NCBI GenBank assembly: GCA_963663405.2
Contig: CAXXSM010000149.1
Location: forward strand, 32,001-96,000
DNA from: a bacterium
GTDB taxonomy: Bacteria > Hinthialibacterota > Hinthialibacteria > Hinthialibacterales > Hinthialibacteraceae
Reading direction: 5' to 3'
DNA: 64,000 nt
Below are positions 38,840 to 50,161 of the stretch, in pieces. Under the pieces are notes generated by a model. It was not told the DNA's origin, searched no databases, and saw only the letters and a program-made list of their open reading frames with translations. A program made the translations under genes and the position numbers. Positions within the stretch are counted from its first letter, which is position 1. Every line of letters begins with the position of its first letter.

Positions 38840-40840
38840 ATGAATTCTACTCTACGATTAAATGCTTTATTATTCTTTGTATTGATTGTTTTCGTTGAAA
38901 CCGCTTTTACTACGGATGATGATTTCATCCCTGGAATCGATTCATTGTACCGGCTTGATCGGTTGGGCGTGATGAAACAATCCATCCATGTGGCTTCTAT
39001 ATCGAGTTATGACCGTACAGGAGGCAACAATGATGGATTTGGTGGACAGTATTCCTTCGTACGCAAGGAAGAAGGAGGATTAGTTTTAGCGGACTTGAAA
39101 GGCCCTGGCGTTGTTTACCGGATATGGACTCCAACACCGACTGATGATGTGATGGAATTTTACTTTGATGGAGAAGAGATACCACGTATCACAGTAAAAT
39201 TCCGTGAACTTTTTTTGGGGAATCATCCCGCATTTCCACGTCCACTGGCTGGGCATGGAGCCGGTGGTTTCTACAGTTATGTACCATTGAGTTATGAAAA
39301 ATCCTGCAAAGTCTTTATTCGAGCAGAGAGAATCCAATTCTATCAAATCAATTACGCCACTTATCCTCCTGATATTGGGATTCAAACGTATACACAAAAT
39401 ACTGACGCCGAAGAGATCCAAAAAATTGAGAAGGCGAAAGGACTGTTTAATTCAGTGGGAAAAGATATCAGTTCTTATACTACCCCAAAAGAAGGAAGGA
39501 TCGAAACAAGTACAAGGAAAATAACACTGAAGCCAGGAAAAACAGAAACGGTTTTCAACATGGGACGGCCGGGTCGAATCGTTGGGATTCGAATGCGTCC
39601 AGCGAATACGTTTGTTGGAAAGGATCGCGCTATTATTCTTCGAGTGTTCTGGGATGAAAATAGTCAGCCCGCGATCAATTGTCCTGTGGGTGATTTCTTC
39701 GGCTATGCATGGGGGGAGCCTGCGATGAAATCACTGATGATCGGCACTACCGGTGACCTTAATTATTGTTACTTTCCCATGCCGTTCGATCAATCCGCTA
39801 AAATCGAATTAGAAGCCGAAACTGAATTGAACAAAGATGTCTCTTTTGAAGTGGACATTCTTTTTACTCCCATTGCCCGTAAGGAAAATGAAGGAAAATT
39901 CTATACTTTGTGGCGGAGAGAAAATCCAACGGTGAAAGGAATGCCATTTACTTTCATTAAGACAAAAGGGCGAGGGCATCTCGTTGGAGTTATACAGCAA
40001 TCACAGGGATTCGTGTCCGGCGTAACGCCATTCTTTGAGGGTGACGATCAGACTACGATTGACAATGAACTGGTAATTCATGGAACCGGATCCGAGGATT
40101 TTTATAACGGGGGGTGGTATGATGTGCCGGGCCGGTGGGAAACACAGCGGTCTTTTCCTCTCAGTGGCTGCCTGGGATACAAGAAACATCTCGGGAGAAC
40201 GGGGGGCTATCGTATTATGCTGGGAGACGCTTATGCGTACAACGAAAGTATATTGCAAACCATCGAGCACGCTCCAACCAATAACGATATCTTGAATGAC
40301 TACTGCGGTGTGACGTTTCTTTATTCATTGGAACGCCCCACATGCGATTTCAAACTCCCACCGGTCGAAGAAAGAAAAGTGTTGGATCCGGAAAAGATCG
40401 TTTTCGCTATTTGGTGGAACACACCCATTTATTCGTTCTCACTCAAAAATGCGATTCTGACGAAAGAGACCTGCCAAGATATCCATCAGAAAGAAACCCG
40501 GTATCTATCAATGAAAGCAAAGGATGAAGCGGTCTTTGGTCCTCATTCCATCAGTTTTACTTGTGAACTGCCTGCGGCGGGAACGTATAAAATCAGCCTT
40601 GACGCCGTGAAAGGACCGGATCAGGGAATCGTGCAACTATTTATGGATGAAGCGCCCATAGGTCCTGAACTGGATTTCTATAGCGATGAGATTCAAACCG
40701 CTCTTGGAGAATATGCGGGATTGCTTCAATTGGATCAAGGTCCGAACAATTTGATGTTCAAACTGATTGGCAAGAATGAAAAATCAGAAGGACTTGGTTT
40801 TAAACTAACCAATATTATTTGTGAAAAAGTAGAAAAATAG
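38840..40840 (+). CDS. Secreted GH172/DUF2961-family protein with a C-terminal beta-sandwich
   Basis: SSYDRTGGNNDG, GPGVVYRIW, FPMPF, FFEGD, HGTGSEDFYNGGWY. Confidence 0.85.
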   Translation: MNSTLRLNALLFFVLIVFVETAFTTDDDFIPGIDSLYRLDRLGVMKQSIHVASISSYDRTGGNNDGFGGQYSFVRKEEGGLVLADLKGPGVVYRIWTPTPTDDVMEFYFDGEEIPRITVKFRELFLGNHPAFPRPLAGHGAGGFYSYVPLSYEKSCKVFIRAERIQFYQINYATYPPDIGIQTYTQNTDAEEIQKIEKAKGLFNSVGKDISSYTTPKEGRIETSTRKITLKPGKTETVFNMGRPGRIVGIRMRPANTFVGKDRAIILRVFWDENSQPAINCPVGDFFGYAWGEPAMKSLMIGTTGDLNYCYFPMPFDQSAKIELEAETELNKDVSFEVDILFTPIARKENEGKFYTLWRRENPTVKGMPFTFIKTKGRGHLVGVIQQSQGFVSGVTPFFEGDDQTTIDNELVIHGTGSEDFYNGGWYDVPGRWETQRSFPLSGCLGYKKHLGRTGGYRIMLGDAYAYNESILQTIEHAPTNNDILNDYCGVTFLYSLERPTCDFKLPPVEERKVLDPEKIVFAIWWNTPIYSFSLKNAILTKETCQDIHQKETRYLSMKAKDEAVFGPHSISFTCELPAAGTYKISLDAVKGPDQGIVQLFMDEAPIGPELDFYSDEIQTALGEYAGLLQLDQGPNNLMFKLIGKNEKSEGLGFKLTNIICEKVEK

Positions 40841-40876
40841 ATTACAAAAAAAAACAAGAATCTCTGAAATCGTAGG

Positions 40877-42367
40877 TTATTGTACAGAAATGGGGAATTC
40901 ACGAATCGACTCGTTGAGTGTCCATCGTATACGATAGTCTCCAACAGGTACTGCGCTCGAATCCCATTCAAAAATTAAGATTCCACTATCATCTTCGGTG
41001 ATACTATCGGATTTTTGTTTGCGAATATCCAAAACTTTTTTCTGCCCGTCTCGAGAGTACAAGGCAATATCCACATTCCCTTTAACACGTGATTGGCTAA
41101 TCAAAAATGATTTTTTATCTTGCATAATATTGCTCGGAATTGCCGCCACCATAGATAAATAGCAATTGCTGTTAAAAGGGCGTTGCAATTCAGTGACCGG
41201 TAGCTGTTCATAATGACGATTGAATGTAATCGGAGTTTGATCATTTATATTAGCGAGTTCACGAATCGTAACGTCAAAATCAGCTAAGCCTCTCCATATT
41301 GTTCCAGCCAGTTTGGGAAATTCGCCTCCAGGCGCTTTCGTAATAGGGATTTTTCCTAACGACGCCATTTGGACAGCGTAATTGGAATTACGCCATTTAG
41401 GATTCTCTCGATCTCCATTCCACATGACCTTGAGATTTGTATTAATGATTCGTTGGATATCTTCCTTTGTAAATGTAAGTCCGGAATGATAGGCTTCGAC
41501 GATTTCATAAATCTCTCCCGCTTGATAATTGCGGTAGGGATGAACATTCACCCAATGGCGAAGCGTATTTGGAGAGGAAAAATCGATGTCCCAAACGCCA
41601 AATGGTTCCCAATAATTCCATACATAATGATCCTGATACAAACACATGCGGCTCTTCATAAAATTAAAAATCTTTAAAGCTCGTTCACGATATTTATCGA
41701 TTTTCGTGATTCGATAAATCCGCAGACAAGCGATGGCCATTGAATTTTGCTTATTGAATGGAAGCGTAAGATTTGATTTTATTGCAGGAAGAACTCGCCA
41801 TGCGCTAAGGTTATCTTTCGTCAAATAGTGATCCCACGAACGATATGCGCCGTATGGACCATCTTCATACCATGTTCCTCGCTGATCCCATTTTTCGATC
41901 AAGTGCTTTTGGGCAAATTTCAAATATGCTTTCGCTTTGGATGAGTAGGATTGCTGGATTGCAGGATCCTCATGGTTTAGAACCGTTTCACAAAATTCCA
42001 ACATGGGATTAATCAAGATTGCGTCGCCTATATGCGCGTCACAGATATAATTTTCATCATAAATATAAGGACCGACCCATCCTTTATATCCATCCGGCGC
42101 TTGACGCGTCTTTGCGAGCAGGGCGTCATAGTAACGAATCGCGGAGTCAAGAAAAGAGCGATCTAGAGTCGAGTTATACTCATCCATGAAAGCGTTCATG
42201 TTATAGGCCGCATGCCAACATAATCCCTCGCCGGTCAACGATCCATCAACCTTCAGTAAGGGAGTTCTCATCCGGCTCTGGAGTAATTCATCCGCATTTC
42301 TATTCGACCAACAAATCGATGAAAAACACAAGATGATGAGAAATGACAAGAGTAAAATTTGTTTCAC
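40877..42367 (-). CDS. Secreted hypothetical protein (probable alpha/alpha toroid)
   Basis: 496-aa ORF with a signal peptide and an aromatic-rich helical pattern. Family not recognised. Confidence 0.65.
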   Translation of the reverse strand: MKQILLLSFLIILCFSSICWSNRNADELLQSRMRTPLLKVDGSLTGEGLCWHAAYNMNAFMDEYNSTLDRSFLDSAIRYYDALLAKTRQAPDGYKGWVGPYIYDENYICDAHIGDAILINPMLEFCETVLNHEDPAIQQSYSSKAKAYLKFAQKHLIEKWDQRGTWYEDGPYGAYRSWDHYLTKDNLSAWRVLPAIKSNLTLPFNKQNSMAIACLRIYRITKIDKYRERALKIFNFMKSRMCLYQDHYVWNYWEPFGVWDIDFSSPNTLRHWVNVHPYRNYQAGEIYEIVEAYHSGLTFTKEDIQRIINTNLKVMWNGDRENPKWRNSNYAVQMASLGKIPITKAPGGEFPKLAGTIWRGLADFDVTIRELANINDQTPITFNRHYEQLPVTELQRPFNSNCYLSMVAAIPSNIMQDKKSFLISQSRVKGNVDIALYSRDGQKKVLDIRKQKSDSITEDDSGILIFEWDSSAVPVGDYRIRWTLNESIREFPISVQ

Positions 42368-42698
42368 GATTTTTCCTTTCGATTAGAGTCAATCGCTTGA
42401 TTGTAGATAAGAATCCAAATAGTGATCTTGGTTATTGATTGTTTAAATATCCATTGAAGCGATTCCCGTATTTGTTGAAATCCTTCTTTATTTTACTAAT
42501 CGACTATGGTGTTATGAAGTGTACACGTATTTATCCTCTCTGGTTACTTACTTGTTTTAGCCTTTTTCAATCGTTTTCTCAATATTTCATACGATCATAT
42601 GCCTAAGTGTTTATACGAATCACATCCTTGACAATTTTTCTGAAGACACGCATTATGATAATACGAAATAGAAATACGTAACACTTCCAGGATCGAAA

Positions 42699-43409
42699 AT
42701 GTTATGCCTCCAAAAAGGATTCACTCTAATAGAACTTCTTGTCGTTGTGGCCATCATCGGGATTTTAGCCGGAATTGTTGGCGCTAATATGATCGACGCA
42801 TTGCGCCGCGCCGATGACGCCGCCTGTAAAGAGAATCTTCATTCCCTCTTCACCGCTATGCAGGCGTACCGTCTGGATTACGGCCGTTTTCCGCTTGTGG
42901 ATGGTGTGGCGGATACGGTATCCCGTCCTGAAACAACGGCGTGGGGATGCGGCCCGGCGGCGAACGGTTATTGGACCGGCGTCCCCATGTCCTTAGTCGA
43001 ATTAGGGTATTGTTCTGAGTCCTGCCTTTATTGTCCCGCTCTTAAGCGGCAGAACAGCCATACTATCGAAGCGTATTCAAATTGTGGGAATTCTTCCTTT
43101 TCGGGCAAGGAAGTCCCACAGTGGCGTTATTTGCGTTACGCGTACGATCGGGCTGCGATTGATTCCGGCGGGCCAGACAGCGAAAGCGAGGCGATTGGTC
43201 TCTTCAACATCGATCGAAACACCAATGACGTCTGGCTGGCGCGATGTATGCATGTCAATGTAGGGAAATACTACCGGGATCGCGACATCCGCTTTCCTCA
43301 TCGTATCGAAATTGACGAAGAAAGGCCCGATCTCGCCCATTTCGGCGAATACGAAGTCACCATCAACGGCAATATCCGCGAACATGCGGTTCAATTAAAA
43401 AGGAGATAA
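42699..43409 (+). CDS. Prepilin-type N-terminal cleavage/methylation protein (divergent, Cys-rich)
   Basis: MLCLQKG|FTLIELLVVVAIIGILAGI...ACKENLHSL..AMQAYRLDYG.FP, with LYCPA. Confidence 0.9.
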   Translation: MLCLQKGFTLIELLVVVAIIGILAGIVGANMIDALRRADDAACKENLHSLFTAMQAYRLDYGRFPLVDGVADTVSRPETTAWGCGPAANGYWTGVPMSLVELGYCSESCLYCPALKRQNSHTIEAYSNCGNSSFSGKEVPQWRYLRYAYDRAAIDSGGPDSESEAIGLFNIDRNTNDVWLARCMHVNVGKYYRDRDIRFPHRIEIDEERPDLAHFGEYEVTINGNIREHAVQLKRR

Positions 43410-43414
43410 GAAGA

Positions 43415-44737
43415 ATGAGACGATTTTGTGTTGGACTGTTTTCCGTTTTGATATTGATTTGTGCGATGCTCCAAAGCGCTTGGCCGCAACTGGCCGTTCC
43501 AGAATTTGGAGACGCCGTACAGATCACGGATACAGATCTTGCCTCCCTATTAGCGCGAAGTCCTGAAGGTTCTTTCATGTTCGACAGTCATGGAAGGTTG
43601 CATCTGGTTTACACGGAGAAAAATGCGGAGGGCACCAGTTTAGGGAATCCGGGTTTAATGCTGTATTGTAATTTTTTGGATGGGGAATGGTCCGAACCGT
43701 TAGCCATCCGTTCGGATGCAGGAGAAGGAATTCCATTCTGCAATGGAGGAGAACCAGCGCTTTGGGTTCAGGACGATCAAACCGTTCATTTTGTTTTTCA
43801 TGATTACCGGTACAGCACTAGCAGCAGCGGGACGAATCAAGTTGAAGTCTATTACCGTAAGTTACTTCCCTCAGGTGAATTCGAGTCCGATGAAATGCGA
43901 ATCACCGATAATGAGAAGAATTCATGGCGGCCCAAAATCGCGCTCAATCAAGACAACCAAATCGCTCTTGTATGGTATGATTATTCTCAAAGTTCCCTAG
44001 GCGATTTGATGCTTGCTTTGTCCGATTCGAATCAGCAATTTCCAACAGCCACGGATTATGCCAGCCAAGTCGTCGCGAACGCCAATCCAAATGGTGAGGG
44101 AGTTCAAATGACGAATGCTGTGTTTGATCATGAAGGTCGCCTTCATGTAGTGTGGACCGCGGCGGAACTGGATGGTTTTACGTATGTGAATGAACGCTTG
44201 ATATACGGCGTTTTAAACGATCCAGCGAGCCGAACTTTAGACCAAAGGATCGAAGTCAGTTCTCGCGGAACCCTTTCCACTGATCCGGCAAAGATTCAGG
44301 TCGACGATGATACCGTATGGATTGTATGGACAGATATGAAAACACAAATACCCAATATTTTTCTGGCTTCGAAAAAAATTGATCAATCAGAATTCAGCGA
44401 TCCTATACAGATCTCAAACAATGACCTTCCTGATGAGGTTGGTTTTGCTGATTTAGCCATCTCTCCGGATGGAATAATCTATACGGTCTGGACCGATTTC
44501 AGAACCGGTGAAGGTGATATCTATCTTCGAATGTATGATCCCGTTTCCATGATCCTTTCAGAGATCACTCAGATCACGACCGATGATTTCAATGTAGATG
44601 AAAAACCTGGAATCGCCATCAGTCCTAATGGACAGATCGCGATTCTTTGGGAGAGCAATGTGGAGGGGAGAACCAATTTGATGATGCTCCTAATGGAGTC
44701 CGATACTTCCGTCGGGGATTGGATGCGGTTCGATTAG
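43415..44737 (+). CDS. Secreted acidic protein, probable 7-bladed beta-propeller, C-terminal TSVGDWMRFD tail
   Basis: Signal peptide; seven blade-like repeats (LHLVY, VHFVF, IALVW, LHVVW, VWIVW, IYTVW, IAILW); starts 5 bp after the pilin stop. Confidence 0.75.
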   Translation: MRRFCVGLFSVLILICAMLQSAWPQLAVPEFGDAVQITDTDLASLLARSPEGSFMFDSHGRLHLVYTEKNAEGTSLGNPGLMLYCNFLDGEWSEPLAIRSDAGEGIPFCNGGEPALWVQDDQTVHFVFHDYRYSTSSSGTNQVEVYYRKLLPSGEFESDEMRITDNEKNSWRPKIALNQDNQIALVWYDYSQSSLGDLMLALSDSNQQFPTATDYASQVVANANPNGEGVQMTNAVFDHEGRLHVVWTAAELDGFTYVNERLIYGVLNDPASRTLDQRIEVSSRGTLSTDPAKIQVDDDTVWIVWTDMKTQIPNIFLASKKIDQSEFSDPIQISNNDLPDEVGFADLAISPDGIIYTVWTDFRTGEGDIYLRMYDPVSMILSEITQITTDDFNVDEKPGIAISPNGQIAILWESNVEGRTNLMMLLMESDTSVGDWMRFD

Positions 44738-44762
44738 TGTGATATAGTACTGAAACTATGGA

Positions 44763-44791
44763 GGGCGGGTTATCTAAAACCCGCCCATTTT
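44763..44791 (+). terminator. Hairpin or weak terminator after the tailed protein gene
   Basis: GGGCGGGTT-N6-AACCCGCCC-ATTTT. Confidence 0.55.
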
Positions 44792-44798
44792 ATGAAAA

Positions 44799-45347
44799 AT
44801 GATTGAACAATTACAACAAACGGTTTATATCCTCACCAATTCATTATTATGGCCCGTAGTGATTGCGTTGCTGTTCGGTATGGCGCACACTTTGTATTTG
44901 CTGGGCAATCTGTGCGCCGAAGCCTTTCAGCGGCGCGGAAAAGCGGTCGCCGTTGTGAATCCTGATGAGCCGGCGGATCAAATGAAACGGCGCCAGGGAT
45001 TTCTCGAATGGAAAAAACTTTCGACCCTTGATCCGTCCGCGAATCGCTGGCTTTTGCTGGATCGAACGGAAGCGGAACTCAGCCGCCGGGTCGATACCGC
45101 GAGAATCTGGGTGCGTCTCGGTCCCGCTTTGGGATTGGCTGGTACCCTGATCCCGCTGGGAAGCGCGTTGACCGCATTAGCGGCCAATGATTTGCAAATA
45201 CTCTCGCAACGGTTGATTCTAGCGTTTGGAACCACCGTGTTGGGATTGGTCGCAGGAAGTATCGCGTGGATTGTCTCTACGACGCTGGAACGTTGGTACC
45301 GCCTCGATCTGGCGGAAATTCGTCACAGTTTGGAGTCCGAAGAATGA
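44799..45347 (+). CDS. MotA/TolQ/ExbB proton-channel family protein (HmuU-like)
   Basis: RLGPALGLAGTLIPLG.AL..L......LS..LILAF.TTV.GL...RWY..DL. Confidence 0.88.
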   Translation: MIEQLQQTVYILTNSLLWPVVIALLFGMAHTLYLLGNLCAEAFQRRGKAVAVVNPDEPADQMKRRQGFLEWKKLSTLDPSANRWLLLDRTEAELSRRVDTARIWVRLGPALGLAGTLIPLGSALTALAANDLQILSQRLILAFGTTVLGLVAGSIAWIVSTTLERWYRLDLAEIRHSLESEE

Positions 45348-45701
45348 AATCGAAGCCTACGCATTCCGGTCTTGGTTTGTTGAGCGGCAACTCGCCGCGA
45401 TGACGATCCACTTTCCGGTTTGGCCAATCTATTTGACATCGGCATCGTGTTCGCGTTGGGATTCATGGTTTCGTTGATCAGCGCCTTGAATCTGCTCGAA
45501 ATGTTTAATCCTGACTCGAAAGTTACGATTACCACTGAACGGGAAGATGGATTGGAGATCACTGTGCGTGAAGGAAAAAAAACAACCGTGCGCCGATTGA
45601 CGAAGCAAGTCGGCAGCGGTGACGGTATCCGTTTGGGGACGGCGTACCGCTTGGAAGACGGTACGGTTGTGTATGTGCCTGATGGCGAAGAGATCCAATG
45701 A
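45344..45701 (+). CDS. DUF2149 protein (HmuV-like), apparent frameshift near 45385
   Basis: DDDPLSGLANLFD...GDGIRLGTAYRLEDGTVVYVP. The DDDP motif lies upstream of the TTG start, and the coupled ATG at 45344 is in another frame. Confidence 0.85.
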
Positions 45702-48700
45702 AACGGTCTATTATCGGCTTCTTTTTTGTTTCTCTCTTCTTTCTTGTATTCCTCATACTCCTGTTTCAAGATAAAGAGATTCCTGGAGAGCGGATTCGAC
45801 TCTTGTTTCTGGTTTCTGATCCGGGAGCGGAACTCATCACGAAAGCCGTCGATTTGCTCTACCAAGAGTATCCACAATTCGCAAACAGCATCGATGTGCG
45901 TGTTCGCGCTCCCTCTACTACAGCGTTGGATCAACCTCTTCTTCCACACGACATGTTGATCGCCGAGGTGAAAGCCTCTCCCTGGATTATGGATCATGAA
46001 AGCGCTTTATCCGCATATCGTCCTTCTGACTCCTTATCCTCATTTCCCTATAAACGAATCGCTTTGGGACGTCTGGGCCCAGGATTAAGTGAAGAAATGC
46101 TGCCTTCATATGGAATGCGGCGAGATGACCTTTTGGATCGGTATTGGGATAATGGAGCGCCAAGCCAGGTAAAAGAAATGATCACTTATATTATGCGGTC
46201 CTACTTTGGTTATTCTCAACTTCAGGTGGATTCTCCGTCAGACATCATTAAACAGGGATTAATTGTCTTACAGGATCGAGGATATCGAATAGTGCAAAGT
46301 TGGAAGGAGTGGGAAGAAAGATCGAAGCCCAAGAATGATATCCCCAAAGTCGCTGTGTTGGAATACGCCACCCGTGTCCGGCGCGAGACCATTCAGATCC
46401 CACTTTCTATTGCAGCGGAAATTAGAAAACAAGGTATGCAGCCGGCGCTGGTGTTCGCCACAGAAGGCAGTCAAGCTGTTCGAGATTATTTGATTGATGA
46501 AAATGGGAATCCCCGAGTCGACGCTGTCATCTCCATGCATTTTAAATTCACAGACGAGAAGGCGGTCGAAGCGTTAAGCGCTCTCAATGTACCGGTCATC
46601 AACGCTATTCAAGTTTATGGACGAACGGTGGAAGAATGGCGGAATTCAACGCAGGGACTCAGTACGTCAGAAGTCGCATGGCAACTGGCTGTTCCGGAAT
46701 TGGCTGGGCTTTCTCCTCCAAACGTGGTTGGCGGAGTCGATAACAGTCGCAGCAGCATCTCCTACCAGGCGATTCCCGAACGTGTGACGCGAGCGGTTGG
46801 CCGCGCCCGGCAATGGATTGAACTGCAGCGCGCTCCTCCAGAAAAACGCCGAATCGCCATACTGTATTGGAACTATCCACCCGGAAAACAAAATGTCGGC
46901 GCCAGCTACTTGAATGTTGTCCGCAGCATCCCCGTCATGCTTCGTCATCTGCGTGAAGAAGGTTACGATACAGGAATTGTAGATTTAGACGATCCTCGCG
47001 AGATTGAACGGATGATTCTTCAGCGAGGCCGCAATATTGGGAATTGGGCTCCCGGTGAGCTCGATCGCTTGATTGATTCACAAAAAATCGATCTTGTCTC
47101 TGTCACTCAATACAAAAAATGGTTTACTGAACTCCCGCGTGATTTTCAGAAAACAATCATAGACTATTGGGGACCGCCAGAAGACGCTGAAATCATGGCG
47201 AAGACCATCGATGAGGAACAATATTTTATTCTTTCAACCATCCACGTAGGAAATATCGTCTTAATGCCACAACCTGACCGGGCGCGAACGCAAAACCTTG
47301 AGATGCTCTATCAATCGCAGGAACTGCCTCCTCACCATCAATATCTGGCGGCTTATTTATGGCTGCAACATGAATTTAAAGCCCAGGCTGTCGTTCACAC
47401 CGGAACGCATGGCACTCATGAATGGATGTCGGGGAAAGAATCCGGTTTATCCGGAAGCGATCCGGGGGAAGTTCTCGCAGGGACTTTGCCTATTTTGTAT
47501 CCATACATTGTGGATGATGTGGGGGAGGGGATTGTCGCTAAGCGGAGGGGGATGTCCACTGTCATCGACCATCTGACTCCAGCGTTAGGGGAAGGCGGAT
47601 TGTCTCCTGAATTACAAAAATTACTGACTTTGATTCAGGAATGGAGAAGCGCGCAAGGGAAGGATCCTGAATCCGCAAATCAATTCGCCGATGAAATCGA
47701 TCTTGATGTGAAGAAAAGAGGAATACACTTGGACTTGAAAGATCGGGGATGGTCTGAAGATGAAATGTCGAATGTGTCTTCATTTCCAAACCGGGCGTCA
47801 ACATTAGAAGATTATATCAACCAGATTCGAATTCAATCTATTCCTTATGGGTTGCATACATTTGGCGTCTCTCCCGATGGGGAAAAACTGGACAAGTTTA
47901 CTGACCTTATTGTGAAAGGGAACGGAGATGAATATCGAGAAACATATAGAAATAATTTAATTCAATGCGGAACGCAGGAGTTGGTAAGTTTGACAAAAGG
48001 TTTGAACGGCCAATATGTCCGTCCGGGACCGGGAAACGATCCCGTCCGGGATACTTTATCAATCCCGACAGGAAAAAACTTTTATACTTTCGATCCACGA
48101 ATCATTCCCACAGAACAATCGGACGAACTCGGAAAAAAAACTGGCGGAGGAGCTCGTCTCAAACCATCACGCGCAGCATGGAAAATACCCTGAAAAAATC
48201 GCCTTGCAGCTTTGGGGAGTGGAAACCATTCGGCACATGGGTGTGCAGGAAGCGCAAGGATTGGCTTTGATCGGCGTTGAGGTAGAGCGGGATGACCGAG
48301 GCCGGATCAAGGATTTGCATTTGATTCCACGAGAACAGTTAGGCCGCCCCCGCGTCGATGTCGTGTTTCATGCGACGAGTTTGTATAGGGATACATTCCC
48401 CGTGCTTTTCGAACTGATCGATAAAGCCGTCAACTTGGCCGCGTCGGCGCCGGAAGAAGATAATCCTATCCGAAACCACGCTCAAACTTTGGATGAACAA
48501 TTGATTGCGCAAGGCGTTCCTCCAGAACAGGCGCGAATCCGCAGTTTGGTTCGCATCTTTGCGGAACCGACCGGAAAGCACGACAGTAAAATTCACGCGA
48601 TGACCGCTTCCAGCGGAAGTTGGGATCAAGAAGAACAGGTCGGTAATAATTATATTCGACGCATGGGGCATGGTTATGGCGGTGGCGTCTGGGGGCAGCC

Positions 48701-49684
48701 CATGGAGCGTGAGTTTCGCAGCGCCTTGAGTGGAACGGAAGCGATCGTTCATACGCGCGCTTCGAAAATCTATTCGACCTTGGATAACGATGATTATTTT
48801 TCCTATGGTGGAAGTATCGCGTTGGGAGTGAGGACCGTCGACGGTGGTTCCAGCCCTCCATTTTTCGTTACGGATCTGCGAACGCCGGGCCAGGAAAAAC
48901 ACGAAACTCTCGAACGGTTTCTCGGTCAGGAATTCCGTTCGCGCTACCTCAATCCTGAATTCGCCAAAGCGATGATGGAGGAAGGATACGCCGGCGGCCG
49001 TCATGTGTGGAAAGCGGCGGAATATTTATGGGGGTGGCAAGTCGTCTATCCCGAAACTGTTGATGGCGCCAAATGGACAGAATTGTATGAAGTGTGGATG
49101 AAAGATCGCTACGATTTAAAGATGGGTAAATTCTTCGAAGAACACAATCCATACGCCAAACAAGGAATATCCGCCCGCATGTTGGAAACGATCCGAAAGG
49201 CTATTGGGACGCGCCGCAGGAGATCATTGATGATTTAACGAAAATCTATATTGAACAAGTCGCCAAACACGATGTGGCGTGCGATCATCTAACCTGCGAC
49301 AATCCTGATCTTCAAGATTTCATCCGCGAAAAAGCGGAAAAAATACCCTCTCTCGATCCCGCCACTATCGCCGCTTGGATTAAGAATGTGGAAACGGCGA
49401 CTGGAAAAACAATGGATGAAGCGTTGAAAAAACGAATCGCAGACCGGCAAAAGTGGCACAAGCCTCAAGAGATTCAAGAAATGGATCAACCAAAAGAAAA
49501 TGAAGCCAATGCTAACACACCCCAACCAGTGGAAGGATATGTTATGGAAGAAGAGGAATGCACAGCGTCTAAGGACAGCCCATCTCAGAACGATTCGTTT
49601 CGCTTGCTGGATGCTCTTGTTTGTTTCTGTTTGGTCTCTAGTTGGATTGCTGGCGCTTGCAAGTCTTACATACAAATGAAATAA
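45698..49684 (+). CDS. cobN: CobN/Mg-chelatase-H-family protein, membrane-anchored (HmuS/BtuS-like), split by two frameshifts
   Basis: NYPPGK.NVGASYLNV, PPHHQY.A.Y.W, H.GTHGTHEW..GKE, YPYIVDDVGEG, PTGKNFY, LGRPRVDV, LDNDD, RYLNP, RK/GYW and C..LTCDNP. Frame breaks at A8 48133-48140 and A3 49196-49198. Hydrophobic N- and C-terminal helices. Confidence 0.9.
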
Positions 49685-49730
49685 TCAATTGACTGCGTTT
49701 TTTATATAATGATCAATACCTAACAATAAA

Positions 49731-50161
49731 TTATGATTTTGATATATTACTTAGATAGTTCCATGCCATAACATATTTTTTAATGCGGGCGATCTCTTTA
49801 TCGCCGAACTCATTCAGCCTTGAAATATCCATGTTGTCCAACAGATCGGCGCATTTGACTTTGTGTGCAACCGCATTCGTTTTCGTCCGCTCGATAAAAT
49901 TCTCATAAGACTCGTTTTCCGTCTTGTCACACAATCAAGCGCTTCCATAATTACATCTGAAAAGCCCATGGCTTTCAAATCTTGAAATGAGTATTCCGTA
50001 TCTTCGATCACATCATGTAGAACGGCCACCGTCATTTCGATTTCATTGGCTAGGCGAAACATAACGCGGAGAGGATGAAGAATATAGGGCTGACCAACTT
50101 TATCTACTTGGCCTGAATGGGCTTTGACTGCGAGTTGAATCGCTTTTTCAAGTAGTGACAT
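49731..50161 (-). CDS. Small HD-domain protein (RelA/SpoT hydrolase-like), frameshift near 49918
   Basis: AHSGQVDKVGQPYILHPLRV and AVLHDVIED, continuing in a second frame as ESYENFI.R....A..VKCADLLDN. Confidence 0.85.

Noticed and set aside
42400-42698. Cobalamin riboswitch or Fur box upstream of the CobN-like operon
   Set aside because: No B12-box motifs seen. The best Fur-like stretch (42651-42669) matches only 11/19 in AT-rich DNA.
45698-49684. Aerobic cobalamin biosynthesis cobaltochelatase
   Set aside because: No cobS/cobT or other cob genes nearby. The terminal hydrophobic helices and ExbB/DUF2149 neighbours fit the HmuS/BtuS type.
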